64,000 bases of DNA, taken from positions 5,890,001 to 5,954,000 of the forward strand of contig OX597834.1 of the NCBI GenBank assembly GCA_951406725.2. The letters are read 5' to 3'. A program made the translations under genes and the position numbers. The notes under the pieces are model-generated. The model ran no database searches and was not told the origin of the DNA. It saw only the letters and a program-made list of their open reading frames with translations. The stretch comes from Octopus vulgaris (Eukaryota). Positions 13,043-25,732 of the stretch are shown piece by piece; the first letter of the stretch is position 1; each line of letters starts with the position of its first letter.

Positions 13043-13438
13043 AGGCGCAGGAGCGGCTGTGTGGTAAGTAGCTTGCCTACCAACCACATGGTTCCGGGTT
13101 CAGTCCCACTGCGTGGCACCTTGGGCAAGTGTCTTCTATTAAAGCCTCGGACTGACTAATGCTTTGTGAGTGGATTTGGTAGACGGAAACTGAAAGAAGC
13201 CCGTCGTATATATGTATATATATGTGTATGTGTGTGTTTTTGTGTTTGTGTTTGTTTCTCCAACATCGCTTGACAACCGATGCTGGTGTTTTTATGTCCC
13301 TGTAACTTAGCAGTTTGGCAAAAGAGACCGATAGAATAAGTACAAAGAATAAGTCCCGGGGTCGATTTGCTTGACTAAAGGCAGTGCTCCAGCATGGCCG
13401 CAGTCAAATGACTGAAACAAGTAAAAGAGTAAAAGAGT
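13043..13438 (+). mobile_element. Family A SINE, full length, flanked by ~55-bp direct repeats
   Basis: Complete head and tail; flanks 12990-13044 and 13442-13496 are near-identical. Confidence 0.92.
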
Positions 13439-13496
13439 ATACATGTTTGTGTAGAATATTGGAAAGGAATGACATTCTTATACAAATGCCACATAG

Positions 13497-13541
<45 letters not shown>

Positions 13542-13543
<2 letters not shown>

Positions 13544-13957
13544 GTGCAGGCACGGCTTTGTGGTAGCTTCCTAACCATGTGGTTCTCAGTTCAATCCAGC
13601 CATGTGGCACACTGGACAGGTGTCTTTTACTACAGCCTTAGGCTGACCAAAGCCTTGTAAAGTGGATTTGGTTGATAGAAACTAAAAGAAGCCCATCACA
13701 TGCACACACACACACACACACTGTATATATTAGTTTGTGTCTTTGTTTCTTTGCTTGTCCCCTATCATTGCTTGACAATTGGTGTTGGTGTGTTTATGTC
13801 CCTGTAACTTAGCAGTTTGGCAAAAGAGAGTGATACAATAAATACCAGGCTTAAAAAAATATAAAGTACTGGGCTTGATTTGTTCAAATAAAATTCTTTG
13901 AGGCAGTGCCCCAGCGTGGCCACAGTCTGATGACTGAAACAAGTAGAAGATAAAAGT

Positions 13958-13960
<3 letters not shown>
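13542..13960 (+). mobile_element. Family A SINE, older copy
   Basis: aggtgcaggcacggct..cagcgtggccacagtctgatgactgaaacaag. Confidence 0.75.
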
Positions 13961-13989
<29 letters not shown>

Positions 13990-14137
13990 TGTATGTATGT
14001 ATGAATATTTTTGACATTATAAAAATTTATAAACTTCTGAGCCAATGTGATATAAGTCTTATTATTATCAAAATGGAATTTCAGACCAATATTTATATGC
14101 TATTATACATAACATTTAGGTTCTTTGAGATTTAAAA

Positions 14138-14249
14138 TCATCATCATCATCATCATCGTTTAACGTCCGCTTTCCATGCTAGCATGGGTTGGACGGTTCA
14201 ACTGGGGTCTGGGGAGCCCGAAGGCTGCACCAGGCCAGTCAGATCTGGC

Positions 14250-14299
<50 letters not shown>

Positions 14300-15040
14300 A
14301 CTCATCATCATCATTTAACGTCCACTTTCCATGCTAGCATGGGTGGGATGGTACCACAAGAGCTGGCCAGGCTGAAGCCTGTACCAGACTTCTGTGACTG
14401 TTTTGGCAGGATTTTTACAGCTGGATGCCCTTCCTAACACCAACCACTCAGCAGAGTGGACTTTTTACATGCTTCTTACATGGCACAAGCACAGGCAAGG
14501 TCAGTTTTGGCAAGGTTTTTGCAGCTGGATGCTTTTCGAAACAGCAACCGCTTTACAACGTGGACTGGGTGCCATTAAGTGGCACCTGCACTAACAGGGT
14601 CACCAAGTACTTGCAAGACAAAAACAAAGTTTACTCTCAAGGCTTTAGTCATTCCAGGGCTGTTGGTGTAGACACTTGTCCGAGGTGCCATGCAGTGGAG
14701 TTGAACCCAAAACTCTGAGACCAAGGTACTCAGCCACTTCCACAGTAATTCGTCATCATCATCATCATCATCGTTTAACGTCTGCTTTCCATGCTAGCAT
14801 GGGTTGGATGATTTTGACTGAGGACTGGCGAACCAGATGGCTGCACCAGGCTCCAATCTTGATCTGGCAGAGTTTCTACAGCTGGATGCCCTTCCTAATG
14901 CCAACCACTCCAAGAGTGTAGTGGGTGCTTTTTATGTGCCACCAGCATGGGGGCCAGTCAGGCGGTACTAGCAATGGCCATGCTCGAATCATTTTACACA
15001 GGTGGTACTGGCAATGACCTTGCTTGAATCTTTTTACACA
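14138..15040 (-). mobile_element. Cluster of three family C (RTE 3' end) fragments
   Basis: Repeated (cat)n-gtttaacgtc..ttccatgctagcatggg..ggatgcccttcctaa at ~14138, ~14302 and ~14752. Confidence 0.75.
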
Positions 15041-15398
15041 ATCTGTAGATAATCTCAGTTGACTGAACAAGTGAAAACTCCTCATCACAACTGGTGGAGA
15101 TCCATTTAACTTTCCTTAGAATATTAAGTTGTACTGAACTTAGTATTAGATCCAAACGGAAAGATAAACATCAATAACAAACAACTGACCGAATGTCTGG
15201 TTGTTTATCTCTTCTTAATATTTTGAATGTGCCCCCACTCTCCTCTTCTTCTTCTTCCCTTCCTCTCCCTTCCTCTTTGTCTTTGTCTTTTTCTGTCTCA
15301 TTCTATCTCACTCATACACATGCACACACACACGCTATCTCTCAGTCTCTATGTCACTCTCTGTTTCATGCACATATGTACACACATAGACACACACA

Positions 15399-15431
<33 letters not shown>

Positions 15432-15525
15432 TGTCTTTGTACACAACACACACATACATGCAAACTTCTATCATTCAATTAGTTGACTAGAGTTGAATAT
15501 CTTTCAAAGATTTTTGGTTGAGGGT

Positions 15526-15527
<2 letters not shown>

Positions 15528-15556
<29 letters not shown>

Positions 15557-15775
15557 TAGGTGGGAAGGAGGGAGAGAGAGAAAGGGCAAGAGAGAAAGAG
15601 ATCGAATAACTGAATGGAAAAGGAAGACGGTGGGAGAGAAGAAGAAGGAAATGGAAGGATGGAAAGAAAGGAGCAGAGGACGAAGAGAAGAATATGAAGA
15701 GGATACCCAGGAAGAATATAGGGGAAGAAGATTGCAATAACTGAGAGAGCAGGGGAGAGAGAGAGAAAGAGAGAG

Positions 15776-15806
<31 letters not shown>

Positions 15807-16020
15807 GAGAATTTTGTGATGAGGAAGGAGTAGAAGACAAAAGAAAGATGACATGAGACAGGGTAAGAGAGAAGGGGAGAGAGGGAGATAGAGAGGGAGA
15901 GAGAGACAGAAAAAGAGAAAGAGAGAAAGTGAGAGAGAGAAAGAGAGAGAGAGAAAGAGAGAGAGAGAGAAAGAGAGAGACAGAAAGAGAGAGAGACAGA
16001 AAGAGAGAGAGACAGAAAGA

Positions 16021-16063
<43 letters not shown>

Positions 16064-16102
16064 GAGAGGGGGAATGAGAGAGAGGGAATGAGAGAGAGAG
16101 AA

Positions 16103-16133
<31 letters not shown>

Positions 16134-16320
16134 TAAAGAGAGAGGGAGGAAGAGAGAGAGAGAGAAAGAAAGAGAGAGAGAGAAAGAGAGAGAGAGAATG
16201 TTGTGATGAGGAAAGGGTAGAAGACAAAAAAAAGATGACATGAGACAGGGTAAGAGAGAAGAATAAGAAGAAAGAGGGAGAGAGAGAGAAAGAGGGAGAG
16301 AGAGAGAGAGAGAGGGGAAT
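15528..16320. repeat. GA-rich purine tract / (GA)n with internal ~65-bp duplication
   Basis: (GA)n runs; ttgtgatgaggaa..gtagaagacaaaa..agatgacatgagacagggtaagagagaag at ~15813 and ~16201. Confidence 0.92.
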
Positions 16321-16667
16321 AAATATTGGAATAGAGTTTGATTGAAAGAAAAATGAAAGAAAGTTCGAAAGACACAAAGAAAGAAATAATGGAATAAAAG
16401 AGTAAAAGTTGGGACGGGGGCGGAGAAGAAACTTAAGAAAAAACCCATTAAAAGAAAAAGTTATGACAACATAAAAGATATATATAAAAGTAAGTACAAT
16501 ACACACACGAAAAAAAAAGAGAAAAAAAAGACCCCATCACACAAAAATGTGTGTGTGTGTGTGCGTAGGAAAACTCAGGTAAAAAAAAAAGATTAGTGAT
16601 TACGTTTCTGCTTGATTAACATCAGGTCTTGCAGACAGTGTCTGCTTTTTACTACTTACCAAATAAC

Positions 16668-16682
16668 TATATATATATATAA

Positions 16683-16732
<50 letters not shown>

Positions 16733-16827
16733 GTGTGTGTATTTGTGTGTGTACTACTTTATATAAACTTCGTGTGTGTGTGTGTGTGTGTATATATATG
16801 CAACACACATACAAATATACACTTTAT

Positions 16828-16868
<41 letters not shown>

Positions 16869-16907
16869 TATAAATATATATATATAAATATACACTATAT
16901 ATATATA

Positions 16908-16998
<91 letters not shown>

Positions 16999-17130
16999 TA
17001 TATATATATAAATATACACTTTATATACATATATATATATATATAAATATACACTATATATATACTTTGTTGTGTGTGCATATATATATATATATATTTA
17101 TAGATTACACTTTATACATACCTTGTGTGT

Positions 17131-17171
<41 letters not shown>

Positions 17172-17276
17172 GATGTATGTATGTATACTTTATCATCATT
17201 TGTATACTTCGAAGAATATCAATGTCTTCAGGTGAAGTTGGAAACCTGGTCTGATGTTCCATTTCTTTAATAAAGT

Positions 17277-17337
<61 letters not shown>

Positions 17338-17353
17338 GTGTGTGTGTGTGTGT
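16668..17353. repeat. (TA)n/(TG)n microsatellite field
   Basis: Long TA and TG dinucleotide runs. Confidence 0.93.
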
Positions 17354-18802
17354 ACCTATGTCTACATGCATGGATGCGACTGTATGTCCCCGCTCTGACG
17401 TTCCATATACGTAATATGCTATCTGGATTGTGATGTGTGTTGTTTTGTCTATCAGTGTATATATCAATAAATGATTGTGTATATATGTGAATGTGTCTGT
17501 CAACATGTATGTATATATGTGTATATGTGAATGTTTATCCTCTCAGTTTTATTGGGTTTTTTTTCCTTTACTTTGCATACATCAAAAGCTATCAGTGTCT
17601 TCAGGTAAAGATGGAAACCTGGACTGATGTTCCATTTGTTCAAACTGGTTTTTTTTTTTTCCTCTCTAGATGGGGGTGGGGGGTGGACAGAGGGTGCTGT
17701 GCTCTCTGAGTATATTTGGATTCTGCTCTCCGTATACTAGTAAGAGCATGTGTTTTAGAGAGAGGGGGAGACACAAAGGTGAAGAACATATGTGGGGGGT
17801 GGGGGGTGAGAGAGTGAGAGAAAATGCAGAAATAGAGGGAGGGTGAAAGTAATGCACATGGAGTGACAGAGAGAGAGATACGAAGAGAAATAGGAAAAGA
17901 TAAGGAAAAAGAATGAGAGAAAGAGAGAGAGAGAGAATGTGTGTGTATGTGTGTGTGTCTTATCCGTTTTATTTATTTTTTTTTAATTTACAAAAAGCAT
18001 TATTTCTCTGAGCATCTTTTGTAAATGAAGAAAGGCCAGGCACAGGAGGAGAAAGTAGAAAAGCAGGTGGAGGTGGAGGTGGAGGAAGCGTACATGACTA
18101 AATTCTTACTTTACGAGTTCTATTTTGGAAGTGCCACTGTCATATAAATGGTATCTAGGTAACAAATTAATATCCAGGTGAGTCACAAGCTAAAACAAGG
18201 CAAAAATAGAAACGACTGATAAAGTGTGATGTCCTCGTGTTGTGAAGAAAAATAAAGGAGCCTTGTTCAATATTTTGGACAATAGCTCTTCATCATGACA
18301 GATGGGAACGTATAAGATAGTAAAGTTAAATAGAAAAACAATGTCGATTCAGTTGTCTAACATGCCTTAAATAGTGAAATGAGGCTGTTGCTTTTCAGCA
18401 TAGAAGAGTGAACATTTCAAATGAAAGTAAATGGGACTATTCTGGAAGGAAAAATTAAAGAATGCATGAGATAGGCGCAGGAGTGGCTGTGTGGTAAGTG
18501 AGTGAAAGAAAGTGGTGGTGAAAGAGTACAACAGGTTTCACCACCATTTTAGGTGTTTTCACTCAATAAACGCTCACAATGCCCGGTCTGAGTATATACT
18601 CTCTGAGTATATTTGGATATTTGGAATTCTATAGAAAATAATTGTTAAAATATTTTGTGTATTGTAAAATTACAACCAATTTCTTGCAGATAAATTTTAA
18701 CTACAAAATCTTATGTAGACCTTGGTTGAGAACCACTCCTTTCAGGGAAGCAAGGAAACAGGAGTACCAAGTTTTTGTATAATTCTCTGAAAACATACGG
18801 AT

Positions 18803-18975
18803 ATGGCGTAGGAGTGGCTGTGTGGTAAGTAGCTTGCTTACCAACCACATGATTCCGGGTTTATTCCCACTGCGTAGTATCTTGGGCAAGTGTCTTCTGC
18901 TATAGCCCCGGGCCGACCAAAGCCTTGTGAGTGGATTTGGTAGACGGAAACTGAAAGAAGCCTGTCGTATATATG

Positions 18976-19032
<57 letters not shown>

Positions 19033-19272
19033 TGTGTGTGTGTGTATATGTTTGTGTTTATGTGTTTGTGTTTGTCACCCCAACATCACTTGACAACCGA
19101 TCCTAGTGTGTTTACGTCACCGTAACTTAGCGGTTCAGCAAAAGAGACCGATAGAATAAGTACTGGGCTTACAAAGAATAAGTCATGGGGTCGATATGCT
19201 CGGCTAAAGGTGGTGCTCCAGCATGGCCGCAGTCAAATGACTGAAACAAGTAAAAGAGTAAAAGAGCAAGAG
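18803..19272 (+). mobile_element. Family A SINE, full length
   Basis: ggcgtaggagtggctgtgtggtaag..gactgaaacaagtaaaagagtaaaagag. Confidence 0.92.
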
Positions 19273-19936
19273 TATACCAATTAGAACTCTCTAGAACATA
19301 GGAATAGCAGACTACATATCTTATTGATCCAGTGTTATTGCATTGGATGTCCATAAAATGTTCTCCAGAACAGCCCTAGTTATCATACATACATAGCTAC
19401 CCACAACTTTGATTATATAGTCACAGGCATGGCTGTGTGGTTAGAATATCGCTTCCCGACCACATGATTCCAGCTTTAGCCCCACTGTGTTAGACCTTGG
19501 GCTATAGCCTCATGCCAACTAAAACCTTGTAAGTAGATTTGGTAGAGGGAAACTGAAAGAAGCCCTTCATATGTGTGTGTCTCCCACTACAACTCGACAG
19601 CTAGTGTTGGTGTGCTTGCATCTCTGTGACTTAGCAGTTTGGCAAATATAGTTAGTACCAGGCTTAAAAAATGGTAAGTACTGAGGTCGATTCATTCAAC
19701 TAAAACTTCAAGGTTGTACTCCAGCATGGCCACAGTCTAATGACTGAGACAAGTAAAAAATAGAAGATACACTTAGCTTTCTATTTGCTCTCACACACTG
19801 GCATAAGAATTGCTCGTGTGTTCTTCATTGCTTGTCTCATTCTGACATAAACCTACTTTTAATACCTTACCATTATTCCCTTTATTGTATTAAGAATAAC
19901 TTCTTTACACCACTGCTTCCTGTTTACCATTCCAGC

Positions 19937-20069
19937 ATTGAGCAAGCACAGCTCCAGAACCACAGACATGGGGTTAGTATGTCACAAGAAACAATTGCAA
20001 GACAAGAATCTTCAAGCGGGGCTAACCAGCAGGAGACCTTGGAGGAAACCAAAGATGAGATGACTGGAT
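19937..20069 (+). mobile_element. RTE-like LINE C-terminal remnant (frameshifted)
   Basis: IEQAQLQNHRHGVSMSQETIARQ../RRPWRKPKMR resembles the RTE motif QLRW.GHV.RM...RI.RQ....RP.GRPK.RW. Confidence 0.5.
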
Positions 20070-20735
20070 ACTCTCTCACTTTTTACTCTTTTACTCTTTT
20101 ACTTGTTTCAGTCATTTGACTGCGGCCATGCTGGAGCACGGCCTTTAATCGAGCAACTCGATCCCGGGACTTATTCTTTTGTAAGTACTTATTCTATCGG
20201 TCTCTTTTGCCGAACCGCTAAGTGAGACGAGGACATAAACACACCAGCATTGGTTGTCAAGCAATGCTAGGGGGACAAACACAGACACAGAAACACACAC
20301 ACATATATATATGTATATATACGACAGGCTTCTTTCAGTTTCCATCTACCAAATCCACTCACAAGGCATTGGTCGGCCCGGGGCTATAGCAGAAGACACT
20401 TGCCCAAGATGCCATGCAGTGGGACTGAACCCGGAACCATGTGGTTGGTTAGCAAGCTACTTACCACACAGCCACTCCTGCACCTATATCCTATTTCTTT
20501 ACTAATATCCTATTTCTTTACTACCCACAAGGGGCTAATCACAGAGGAGACAAACAAGGACAGACAGGTGGATTAAGTCGTTTATATCGACCCCAGTGCG
20601 TAACTGGTACTTATTTAATCGACCCTGAAAGGATGAAAGGCAAAGTCGACCTCGGCTGAATTTGAACTCAGAACGTAGTGGCAGACGAAATGCTGCTAAA
20701 CATTTTGCTCAGCGTGCTAATGGTTCTGCCAGCTT
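20070..20735 (-). mobile_element. Family A SINE (20070-20486) followed by family B SINE (20508-20735)
   Basis: Both family signatures on the minus strand. Confidence 0.88.
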
Positions 20736-21320
20736 AGATAATATCCATTGTCTTATTTGGTTGCTTCTGATAGTACCCTATGGAGGAGGTACCTCAGGAA
20801 TCTACCCCCCACACCCCACACCCCAGAATTTGTGGGCAGAGAAAATAGATGGATGGATGGATGGATGGGTAGATATCTTTGAATCAGTATTGTTTATTTC
20901 TTTCCTTTAATTTTTCTCATATTTTTTTCCCTTTCTCTTCTGTTGTGATGAAGGACCACTGTTCGAAACAGCAAATTATCCTATTTCACTTGCCTCTAAA
21001 TACACTGACTTTGTGTATTGATTGATTGATTGATTCCAGTTCCAGCCTATGAGCTGTGGCCATGCTGGGGCACCGCCATTTTTGCATAATTTTTGCATTA
21101 TTGCATAATTTTTGCATTATTGCATAATTTTTTTTGTATATTTGCTGTTTATGTCCATGTGTCTCCTCTGGATATCAACTACAACACTGAAATAAACTTA
21201 AACTCAGATTACATTTCTATTTTTTTTTTTTCCTGCTTGTTGCAAAAGTGAGTTAAGTGTTTATCTGGGAGGGTGTTTGGCGATTCAGATTAGATTACTA
21301 TCTGACCTGACTGTTAAGTG

Positions 21321-21600
21321 CATTATTTCATGGTTCATCATCATCATCATCATTGCCAACACCTCCCATACCACCACCATCCATCACATCATCATCATCA
21401 TCATCGCCATTATCACCACCACCATGGTCATCACCATAATTATTATCATTATTACTAACATTATTTCATGGTCCATCATCATCATCATTGCCAACACCTC
21501 CCATACCACCACCACCATCCATCACATTATCATCACCATCGTCATTATCACCACCACCATCGTCATCACCATAATTATTATCATTATTACTAACATCATA
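21321..21600. repeat. Tandem duplication (~140 bp x2) of a CAT/CAC-rich unit
   Basis: cattatttcatggt.catcatc..cattgccaacacctcccataccaccacc..ccataattattatcattattactaacat occurs twice. Confidence 0.88.
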
Positions 21601-22139
21601 AATAACTATTAACGGTCTAATATAGTTTATTATCCCCGTTAATATCATTATCTCCATTGTTTTTGTCATCTCTCAATTCATTATAGATATTTTAGTAATC
21701 ATTTAAGGGAAAACATATATTTAAAATAATCTCCTAAGTCAACTAATCAAGGGGTCACCAGTTCATATCCTGCCAACTACACTGAGTATTGAGTCTGTAG
21801 ATATTTTGCTTTCAAATTCACCTCAATACTAGGTTGTCATTGCTATTGTCTGTCTCTAGATCTGTTCTTCTGATACATTTCCTTATGGTCAAAGGCATTC
21901 CAGCCGTGATCAACCAGTCTTTTTGCTAGTCACAGTGTACCCAGAACTATGTTATCCATATATGTCTCCTCCTCTTTTCCCAACCCTTGAATGAAGATTG
22001 CCTGAATTGACTTTTGTAGAATGTGAACACAGAATCTAAGTCTTCTTTTATGGTCTTACACTGACCAAAGTCTTGTGAATAGATTTGGAAGAGTGGATGT
22101 GTGAAAGATCTTTATACATACATATATAAATTTTTGTGA

Positions 22140-22640
22140 CCCCCTTTGGTCATGAATGACCATGGGATTGCACCTAGAAAGTTACCCTCCGAGGCACAAG
22201 TCTGGGCAAGGTTGTTTATGGAAGACCAGCAGTCGCCCATGCATACCAGCCTCCTCTCTCCACTCCACCGATGTTATGCAAGGGAAAGGCAAAGGCCAAT
22301 ACAGCTTGGCACCTGTGATGTTGCAGCTCATTTATTAACGTGCAAGTGGCTGAGCACTCCACAGACACGTGTACCCTTAACGTAGTTCTCGGGGAGATTC
22401 AGCGTGACACAGTGTGACAAGGCTGGTCCTTTGAAATACAGGTTCCATAGAAACAGGAAGAAAGAGTGAGAGAAAGTGGTGGCAAAAGAGTACAACAGGT
22501 TTCACCATCACCCCCTGCCAGAGCCTTGTGGAGCTTTAGGTGTTTTCGCTCAATAAACACTGACAATGCCTGGTTTGGGATTGAAACCGCGATCCTATGA
22601 CCATGAGTCCGCTGCCCTAGCCACTGGGCCATTGCGCCTC

Positions 22641-22641
<1 letters not shown>
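22140..22641 (-). mobile_element. tRNA-derived SINE (family D), possibly composite at its 3' end
   Basis: Reverse head gtggaggcgcaatggcccagtggctagggcagcggactc..ggtttcaatccc, same family as 47407. Confidence 0.75.
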
Positions 22642-22675
<34 letters not shown>

Positions 22676-22920
22676 TAGTTTCATTTCTATTATTTTCACT
22701 ATGATATATTTATGTACGTATATGTATACATATATATATGTATATATATATATAGGTGAGAAAGTTGGTATGTGAAAGCACGTGGTTGGATGTATAAAAA
22801 ACAAAAAAGAGTTAAAAAACTACAGAGGGCTTGTGTTATATGGTTAAAGAATATATTTAAATCGTTATGTTAGAAAAATGTTAGAAAATTTTGTGTATAG
22901 TAACATAGTTTTGGGAGAAA

Positions 22921-22990
22921 TAACCGGTTTCGAATTTTCTTTTCAAATTTCTCAAATTTCTTTACCTATATCGTGTCATGTCTTCGCTAT
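22921..22990 (-). ncRNA. Degenerate hammerhead ribozyme in the 3' UTR of the Penelope-like element
   Basis: Reverse: ..gCGAAGA..(loop)..ttcGAAACCGGTTA; palindromic stem III; first core box mutated. Confidence 0.4.
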
Positions 22991-23176
22991 GTTATGAAAT
23001 ATGGAGTTCCAAGCAGGGGAAGATAATCAGGGATGTTTTCCCGTACAAGGGAGATAATCAAACATGTTGGGAATGACTAATTTAACATGATTTGGTTTAG
23101 AAGGAATAGAATGTTACAAGTGGTTAAGTTCTGCTTTATATTTTTTCAATGAGGTGAGTTTCCTTGTTTAAAAATG

Positions 23177-23668
23177 TTAGAAACGGTTAAGTTTTGGCTT
23201 ATATTTTTCAATGAAGAAGGTTTCCTTGTTTAATCTAACTTGTGTTGGTGTTCCAATGGCACATTGATAGAATGGAAAGATTACAAATTGTGGTAGTAGT
23301 TGTTTTGCGCATTTCTCAATATGTTCACTAAAGGGTATCATTCTGTATTCTAGGAATGCAATCTGTTGTCGATGCAGAGCGCATCTGCATCTGAGCGATA
23401 ATCCCGTTGACCCTATGTAGTTTTGGTGGCAGCCCGAGCATCTTATGACATAAATTAGGTTTACTGAAGCACAAGTAAAATTTGATTTGATTTTGAATTT
23501 CTGTCCCTCTTTGAAGAGGAATTTCTGATCCTTCTAGAAGGTTTGGGCATGTTGCGCAGTTTGGTCTACCACATTCTTTTCACTTTTGCATCCGTTATTT
23601 CAGAAAACAATTTTGCCTTTGTGACGAACTTTTTTTAGTGCTTTACGTTGTTTGTAGCTTTTAATAAG
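23177..23668 (-). pseudogene. Penelope-like retroelement C-terminal Zn-knuckle plus GIY-YIG endonuclease (5'-truncated, frameshifted)
   Basis: 23521->23177 reads FLFKEGQKFKIKSNFTCASVNLIYVIRCSGCHQNYIGSTGLSLRCRCALHRQQI...SEHIEKC...RLNKETFFIEKYKPKLNRF* (114 aa; LIY..C..C..YIG.T); upstream frames give CGRPNCATC and LIKSYKQRKALKK. Confidence 0.9.
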
Positions 23669-23784
23669 TACTAAGCTTACAAAGAATAAATCCTGTGATT
23701 GAATTGTTCAACTAATGGTGGTGCTCCAGCATGGCCACATTCACATGATTGAAACAAGTAAAACAATAAAAAAAACTATGCTAT

Positions 23785-24315
23785 TTTGATCCTGAGTAAG
23801 GCTGGGTATCTCTACTACTGTTGCTCCTTGCCGTTCTCAAAAAATAGCGATCGTAATTTTATCTCGTTCGGCTTAACAGCCCTTCTTGTTCGTGTTACTG
23901 TTATTCTCCTTGTCCTGTCTTTTACTGTTATATTTTATACTGTCGTTACTGTCCTGTTTTTGTTACCATTTTTACCCCTCAGCAAAAAAATCTTAAATTT
24001 TATTTAATTTGATTTTCGCGGGAAGGATTGTTTCATTAAAGTCATGTATCACCTTGACCTTCGAAAAGTGGAGTAGATGAAACAAAGGCGACTGAAGAAG
24101 GGGAATTTTCCTTGTATTGTATGTCCTGTACTCTATCTTTTCGTTGTTTAAGAAAAATGTCCATTTCCTTGGTTTTGTGTTTATGTTTTCGTTTCTCATT
24201 GTGTTCGACGTTTTTTTGGTGTCCTGTACCCATATATGCATGTATATATACATGTAGAGGTAGGTACGTACATATATGTATGTATATATGCATATGTTTT
24301 ATTTATTTATTAATT

Positions 24316-24320
<5 letters not shown>
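23785..24320 (+). mobile_element. Dispersed repeat (second partial copy at 60120-60340), possibly a Penelope pseudo-LTR
   Basis: gaaggggaattttccttg..tgtttaagaaaaatgtcca..ttgtgttcgacgttttt..gtgtcctgtacc shared with 60120-60340; HHR-like words ttcGAAA and CTGAAGA. Confidence 0.6.
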
Positions 24321-24350
<30 letters not shown>

Positions 24351-24719
24351 CACACAAATACACACACAGATACATAGATAGATAGAAACACATAGATGCA
24401 AACACAGACTATTGCAAAGTAGTGTGACTTACCGCATTCTAATAAAAACATCTTTTGGTATTGTTTCCTTTTATGCTAGTGCCAACTTTGCTTCTCATAT
24501 CTTATATGAAGGACCAGAAAATGTTCTCTGAAGACAGGGCCCAGCATGATTGCAGTGCAATGATTGTAAGCTGTAAAGGATTTTTAGGAATTTGACATCA
24601 CAATAGACAGAGAGAATTAGTGGTATACTGGATTATGGAACACAGAAGGGAGACAAACAAGTAACCAGTAACCACATCTGGTGGCATGTACGTATGTCAG
24701 GAAGGGGAGAATTTGAACA

Positions 24720-25732
24720 TATTCATTTCAAATTTTAGCACAAAGCCAACAGGTTGGGCTAAACCAATTGCATCAACCACGGTGTTCAACTGGTACCTTG
24801 AAAGGAATGAAAGGGAAAGTGAATCTCAGTAGAATTTGAACTCAAAAAGTAAAGGTCAACAAAGTACTGTTAAGCATTTTCGCCACTGTGCTGATGGTTC
24901 TACCAACTCACCCCCTTAGGCCCAGGGAATGTTGGTTTCAAAGTTTGGCACAAGGCCAGCAATTTCGGAGGAGGGTGTAGGTTGATCACATCAACATCCC
25001 AGTAATCAACTGGTACTTATTTTATGGACCCTGAAAGGATGAAAGGCAAAGTCAACCTTGGTGGAATTTGAACTCAGAATGTAAAGACAGAGGAAATGGT
25101 GCTAATCGTTTTGCCTGGTGGGTGAACAGTTCTGTCAGTTCACCATCTACCAGAAGTAATTACATTGGTTCTAAATTTTGGCAGAAGGCCAAAAGGTTCA
25201 GGGGAATGGGTAAGTCCATTACATTGACCCTAGTATTCAGCTGGTACTTTTTTATTTTTTCATGGACCCCGAAAGAATGAGAGGCAAAAGTTGACCCTGG
25301 TGGAATTTGAACAGAGAACATAAAGACGGCTGAAATGCCATGTGTGGTAAGTAGCTTGTTTACCAAACACATGGTTCTGGGTTCAGTCCCACTGTGTGGC
25401 ACCTTGGGCAAGTGTCTCCTGCTATAGCCTCGGGCCGACCAAAGTCTTGTCAGTGGATCTGGTTGACGGAAACTAAAAGAAGCCCGTCGTATATATGTAT
25501 TTATATATATATGCATGTGTGTGTCTGTGTTTGTCCCCCTAGCATTGCTTGACAACCGATGCTGGTGTGTTTACGTCCCCGTTACTTAGCGGTTTGGCAA
25601 AAGAGACCGATAGAATAAGTACTGGGCTTACAAAAGAATAAGTCCCGGGGTCGATTTGCTCGACTAAAGGCGATGCTCCAGCTTGGCCACAGTCAAATGA
25701 CTGAAACAAGTAAAAGAGTAAAGAGTAAGAGT
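24720..25732. mobile_element. Three old family B-related units (minus strand) followed by a family A SINE (25341-25732, plus strand)
   Basis: Repeated ctggtactt..gaaaggatgaaaggcaaagt..gaatttgaac; then a 5'-truncated family A copy. Confidence 0.8.

Noticed and set aside
15479-16506. 300-aa ORFs rich in SL/RE repeats
   Set aside because: Translations of (GA)n/(TC)n tracts, open in all three minus frames; no domain
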